10,707 nt of DNA. Source: Candidatus Methylomirabilis sp. Lineage in GTDB: Bacteria > Methylomirabilota > Methylomirabilia > Methylomirabilales > Methylomirabilaceae. The DNA lies in the NCBI GenBank assembly GCA_041498975.1, contig JBGQJI010000083.1, positions 1 through 10,707 of the forward strand, in the 5' to 3' direction. Positions within the stretch are counted from its first letter, which is position 1. Each line of letters begins with the position of its first letter. The notes beneath the pieces are model-generated. The model did no database searches and was not told the origin of the DNA. It saw nothing but the letters and a program-made list of their open reading frames with translations. The position numbers and the translations under genes were made by a program. Below, piece after piece: positions 6,734 through 10,707 of the stretch.

Positions 6734-9151
6734 ATGGCGGTGGGTCGGCTGGTGCGCTGGTTCGATGACATCGGGATAGAGGACATCCCCCTGGTCGGCG
6801 GCAAGAACGCATCGCTGGGTGAGATGTACCGAAACTTGAAGGCTCAGGGCGTGCGGGTCCCCTACGGGTTTGCCATCACTGCCGAAGCCTACCGAACCTT
6901 CATTCGGGAAAGTGGCTGCGAGGCGAAGATCAGGGACCAACTGGTTGGGCTGGATACCCGGGACGTCCAGAACCTGCGGGCTCGCGGCAGGACCATCCGG
7001 ACGGTCGTTCTTGAAGCGCCCCTGCCTCCCGCGATCCAGGCGGCGATCGTCACCGCCTATAAGCGGCTCTGCCACGAATACGGGCCGAACACCGATGTCG
7101 CCGTGCGCAGCAGCGCCACGGCAGAGGATTTGCCCGATGCCAGCTTTGCCGGGCAGCAAGAGACCTACCTGAACGTCCACGGGGTTCCCGGTTTGCTGGA
7201 GGCCTGCCGGAAGTGTTTCGCGTCGCTCTTCACCGACCGCGCGATCTCCTACCGTGTAGACAAGGGGTTTGATCACCTGAGCATCGCCCTTTCCATCGGG
7301 GTGCAGAAGATGGTCCGCTCGGACCTTGGCGCCTCGGGCGTCATGTTCACCATCGACACGGAGAGCGGCTTCCGCGATTGCGTCCTCATCAATGCATCTT
7401 ATGGCCTTGGCGAGAATGTGGTCCAGGGCGCGGTGACGCCGGATGAGATCTACGTGTTCAAGCCCACGCTCCTGAAGGGCTTCCGTCCCATCCTCCAGCG
7501 GACCTTGGGGAGCAAGGAATGGAAGCTGGTGTACGACGAGGAAGGAAGCAAACTGACCAAGAACATCGCCGTGCCTGCCGCCGATCGCCAGCGCTTCGCC
7601 ATCGGTGACGACGACGTCCTGCAATTGGCGCGCTGGGGCTGCGCCATAGAGGAACACTACAGCCGGAGGAGCGGGAAGTACACGCCGATGGATATCGAAT
7701 GGGCCAAAGATGGCAGGAGCGGGGAGGTGTTCATCCTTCAGGCGCGGCCGGAGACGGTGCAGTCGGTGAAGCGCCGGGACCTGCTGCGGATCTATCGTTT
7801 GGAGGAGTCCGGCGAACGCCTCCTCGCCGGCAAGAGCGTGGGGGAGATGATCGGGCAGGGAAGGGCCCGCGTGATCGAAGATCCTCGGCACCTGGAGGAA
7901 TTCCGCGAGCGCGAGGTCCTGGTGACCGACAAGACCGATCCGGACTGGGAGCCGATCATGAAGAAGGCGGCCGCCATCGTCACAAACCGCGGCGGACGGA
8001 CCTCCCATGCGGCCATCGTCAGCCGCGAGCTGGGGATACCCGCGGTGGTCGGGACGGAACTGGGGAGCCGGGTTATCGTCGATGGAGACGAGATCACCGT
8101 CTCGTGTGCAGAGGGCGATATAGGCTATGTGTATCGGGGTCTACTGAAGTTCAGCGTTCAGGAGGTCGATCTTGGCAAGCTCGGCCGCCCGCGGACCAGG
8201 ATCATGCTGAACGTGGCCAACCCGGGGGAGGTCTTCGCCCTGGCGGCCATCCCCAACGATGGCGTTGGCCTGGCGAGGGTGGAGCTCATCATCAGCCATG
8301 CCATCCGGATCCATCCCATGGCGCTGGTCCGCTATGACAGCCTTACCGATCAGGCGGCCAAGGCCGAGATCGCCCTGCTCACCGCCGGCTATGACGATAA
8401 ACCGCAGTACTTCGTGGACAAGCTGGCGGAAGGGGTGGGGATGATCGCTGCCGCCTTCTACCCCAAGGACGTCATCGTTCGCCTGAGCGATTTCAAGACG
8501 AACGAATACGCGAACCTGATTGGCGGCAGGGAGTTCGAGCCGACGGAAGAGAACCCGATGCTGGGCTTTCGCGGCGCTTCCCGCTATTACGATGACCGAT
8601 ATCGGGAGGGGTTCGCCTTGGAATGCCGGGCGATGTGGAAAGCCAGGGAGGAGATGGGCTTCACCAACATCAAGCTGATGGTCCCTTTTGTTCGGACAGT
8701 CTCGGAAGGCGAGAAGGTTCTGGCGGAGATGGCCAGGCACGGGCTCAGGCGTGGGGAGAACGGTCTCGAGGTGTACGTGATGTGCGAGATCCCCAGCAAC
8801 GTGTTGCTCGCCGAGCAGTTCGCAAAGATCTTCGATGGCTTTTCAATAGGGTCGAACGACCTGACACAGTTGACGCTCGGGGTCGATCGGGACTCGGAAC
8901 TGGTCGCCCGCCTCTTCGACGAACGAGATCCCGCTGTCAAGAAGCTTGTGGCCTCCGTGATCAGGACTGCGCGAGCGCATGGCGTCAAGATCGGGATCTG
9001 CGGCCAGGCGCCAAGCGACTACCCGGATTTCGCGCAGTTCCTGGTCGAAGAAGGGATCGACAGCATTTCGCTGAACCCGGATGCGGTCATGAAGATGACG
9101 GCGAAGGTGTTGGAGATGGAGCAATGGATGGGGGGAAAGCAGGCGGGATGA
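6734..9151 (+). CDS. ppsA: Phosphoenolpyruvate synthase (pyruvate, water dikinase), 805 aa
   Basis: VGGKNASLGEM; VAVRSSATAEDLPDASFAGQQET; DIEWAKDG; LQARPETV; phospho-His motif GGRTSHAAIVSRELG; EENPMLGFRGASRY; GFSIGSNDLTQ; GICGQAPSD. Confidence 0.98.
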   Translation: MAVGRLVRWFDDIGIEDIPLVGGKNASLGEMYRNLKAQGVRVPYGFAITAEAYRTFIRESGCEAKIRDQLVGLDTRDVQNLRARGRTIRTVVLEAPLPPAIQAAIVTAYKRLCHEYGPNTDVAVRSSATAEDLPDASFAGQQETYLNVHGVPGLLEACRKCFASLFTDRAISYRVDKGFDHLSIALSIGVQKMVRSDLGASGVMFTIDTESGFRDCVLINASYGLGENVVQGAVTPDEIYVFKPTLLKGFRPILQRTLGSKEWKLVYDEEGSKLTKNIAVPAADRQRFAIGDDDVLQLARWGCAIEEHYSRRSGKYTPMDIEWAKDGRSGEVFILQARPETVQSVKRRDLLRIYRLEESGERLLAGKSVGEMIGQGRARVIEDPRHLEEFREREVLVTDKTDPDWEPIMKKAAAIVTNRGGRTSHAAIVSRELGIPAVVGTELGSRVIVDGDEITVSCAEGDIGYVYRGLLKFSVQEVDLGKLGRPRTRIMLNVANPGEVFALAAIPNDGVGLARVELIISHAIRIHPMALVRYDSLTDQAAKAEIALLTAGYDDKPQYFVDKLAEGVGMIAAAFYPKDVIVRLSDFKTNEYANLIGGREFEPTEENPMLGFRGASRYYDDRYREGFALECRAMWKAREEMGFTNIKLMVPFVRTVSEGEKVLAEMARHGLRRGENGLEVYVMCEIPSNVLLAEQFAKIFDGFSIGSNDLTQLTLGVDRDSELVARLFDERDPAVKKLVASVIRTARAHGVKIGICGQAPSDYPDFAQFLVEEGIDSISLNPDAVMKMTAKVLEMEQWMGGKQAG

Positions 9152-9210
9152 TCGACCGTCGGTGACGATGTGGATTGATACGGCATCCTTCGGTGCAAAG
9201 GAGGAGGGAC

Positions 9211-9708
9211 ATGGCAGGCGGCACGGTCCCGGTCAAGTCGGTGAAAAGGGTTGGTTCGCTGTTCGATGAGCTCACAGAGATCGAGCGGCAGCTTTCCAGG
9301 GGCGCGTTCCAGCTCTTCGAGAATCGGCGATGGATGGTCGGCCACGATCTTGACGATTGGCTCGAGGCTGAAAGGGAGCTACTGTGGCGGCCCTGTGCAG
9401 AGCTGACGGAGACCGATGATGCGCTTCGGGCTTGCGTTGCCCTGGCGGGCCTCACCGCGAAGGATGTCGAAGTGCTCGCCGAACCCAACCGCCTGACGGT
9501 GCGAGCCAACACGAAGCACGAGCATCGAAAGGAGGAGGGGAAGCTTCAGTTCTGCGAGTTTCACAAAGGGAGCCTCTATCGGTCTATCGCCCTGCCGAGC
9601 GTCGTGGTCCCGGAGAAGGCCAAGGTGGAAATGAAAGATGGCATGCTCACGGTCACGCTTCCCAAGGCGAAAGAGCCCGCCGGGAAAAAGATCCCGATCA
9701 AGAACTAG
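9211..9708 (+). CDS. Small heat shock protein (Hsp20/alpha-crystallin) with N-terminal DUF2934-like segment, 165 aa
   Basis: Strong SD AAGGAGGAGG (9198-9207) before ATG 9211, preferred over the track's 9175 start. Alpha-crystallin motifs G...KDVEV, G...RSIALP..V...KA...MKDGMLTVTLPK. The N-terminal AFQLFENR...GHDLDDWLEAEREL resembles DUF2934. Confidence 0.9.
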   Translation: MAGGTVPVKSVKRVGSLFDELTEIERQLSRGAFQLFENRRWMVGHDLDDWLEAERELLWRPCAELTETDDALRACVALAGLTAKDVEVLAEPNRLTVRANTKHEHRKEEGKLQFCEFHKGSLYRSIALPSVVVPEKAKVEMKDGMLTVTLPKAKEPAGKKIPIKN

Positions 9709-9928
9709 CCACCTGCGGCTCGAAGCTGTTCCAGGAGCGAGCAGGGCATCACGCTGACCTCGGCGCTGAGGTCATGCAAGGAGGAAGATGCAGAGAAACG
9801 GGAGGGGGTGCCTGGGCGGGGAGGGTGAGGAGGTCGTGACCGGGGCGGCGACTGGGATCCCCATTCGCCACAGCGTGGCACCTCAAGAGTAGGTGGGATT
9901 CGCGAAGGGCCTGGAGGGAGACTTGAAC

Positions 9929-10393
9929 ATGGAGCGGAGCGCGCGCCTTCTGAGGACCGTTCTCGTGGCAATCATGGCAGCACTGGTGATTCCGCTCTGC
10001 GGGTTGGACCGCTCGGCGCGGAGCCAGGTGGTGTCGAGTCTGCCATCGGCCCGCCAGCCGATACAGATCTCGGCGACGGCGCCAGGAGCTGAGCAAACGG
10101 CGCCGCGCCCTGAGGCAAACGCCTCGAGGGGTCAGGAACCGCCGCGTGCCCAACGCCTCCCGCAGGGACGATTGATCGGGGGCCGGGTGATGGAACGGAG
10201 CCTGCTTTGGTTCGCACTCCTCGGATTGGTGGTCGCCGTCTCGGGCGGACTGGTCGTGCGAGCGCTTCGCGCGCAGCGCCAGCGCATCCGGAAGCTGGAG
10301 GCGGTCGAGACGGGGCTGACCGCGAAGGTCGCGCTTCTTGAAGAGCATCTTCGCCGGGACCACGAACATGGCCGGCCACGCGAGAGGATCTGA
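9929..10393 (+). CDS. Hypothetical membrane protein, 154 aa (N-terminal signal/TM, Pro/Gln/Ala-rich linker, TM, C-terminal coiled coil)
   Basis: SD GGAGG at 9913-9917, ATG 9929. Hydrophobic stretches LLRTVLVAIMAALVIPLC and LLWFALLGLVVAVSGGLVV, followed by the heptad pattern IRKLEAVETGLTAKVALLEEHL. Confidence 0.6.
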   Translation: MERSARLLRTVLVAIMAALVIPLCGLDRSARSQVVSSLPSARQPIQISATAPGAEQTAPRPEANASRGQEPPRAQRLPQGRLIGGRVMERSLLWFALLGLVVAVSGGLVVRALRAQRQRIRKLEAVETGLTAKVALLEEHLRRDHEHGRPRERI

Positions 10394-10592
10394 GCGGGGG
10401 GCAGCCGCCTCGCGGCTTGCGCGGCCCGGTGCTGCGCGGGGGCAACGCCCATGGCGGCCTCGGACTTCCATTTCCGGATGGGTGGCGCAGCTTCCGTCTT
10501 GTTCCTGTGGACGACGGGGCGTCTTGCCCTGGTCGCGCTGTGGTGATACCTCGGCGTTCGTGCCCTTGTAACCTACGAGGGAGGGATGAGCC

Positions 10593-10707
10593 ATAGCCCA
10601 GCAGTTGAAGACGACCGTCAGCGTGATTAAGGCCGACGTCGGCACCGTGGCCGGCCACACCCGGCCGCATCCGGCCTTGCTGCAGCAGGCCGAAGAGTGC
10701 CTGGCCG
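10593..10707 (+). CDS. fbp: N-terminus of bifunctional fructose-1,6-bisphosphate aldolase/phosphatase (class V FBPase); 3'-truncated by the window; start uncertain (ATA 10593 or TTG 10605)
   Basis: Hand translation (I)AQQLKTTVSVIKADVGTVAGHTRPHPALLQQAEECLA matches the K.T.SVIKAD(I/V)G...GH...HP N-terminal signature of FBP aldolase/phosphatase. Absent from the ORF track. SD GGAGG at 10580-10584. Confidence 0.88.
   Translation, partial: MAQQLKTTVSVIKADVGTVAGHTRPHPALLQQAEECLA

Noticed and set aside
9175..9210. Upstream TTG start for Hsp20 given by the ORF track
   Set aside because: It has no SD, while a strong SD sits directly before ATG 9211.
9929..10005. Lipoprotein signal peptide in the membrane protein (IPLC)
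   Set aside because: It does not fit the lipobox [LVI][ASTVI][GAS]C.
146..10670. Long minus-strand ORFs (146-859, 2090-2686, 2840-3832, 5452-6351, 6665-8008, 8141-8740, 9749-10660, 9972-10670)
   Set aside because: They are antisense shadows of well-supported plus-strand genes in high-GC DNA with no recognisable motifs; some contain translations of the repeats (PVLSLVEG, VPSSKF).

Overview
GC-rich bacterial window in which all credible genes lie on the + strand, probably as one long operon or co-oriented cluster. Gene order: 3' end of a P-type cation ATPase, a ribbon-helix-helix-like protein carrying an in-frame tandem array of REP-like repeats, a universal stress protein, two tandem paralogous Pat-like GNAT acetyltransferases, a heptamer-repeat palindrome, a 48-aa basic small ORF, a LonC-type S16 protease, a second heptamer palindrome, a GalT-family nucleotidyltransferase, PEP synthase (ppsA), a DUF2934-like/Hsp20 fusion, a membrane protein, and the 5' end of a bifunctional FBP aldolase/phosphatase whose best-placed start codon is ATA. 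The locus couples protein quality control and acetylation to committed gluconeogenesis steps, which looks like a stress/dormancy module (inference). The most unusual signals are the two same-architecture heptamer hairpin elements bracketing the Lon gene, the repeat array translated inside a gene, the small basic ORF missing from the ORF track, and the non-canonical fbp start. All family calls come from motif recognition; no database search was run.
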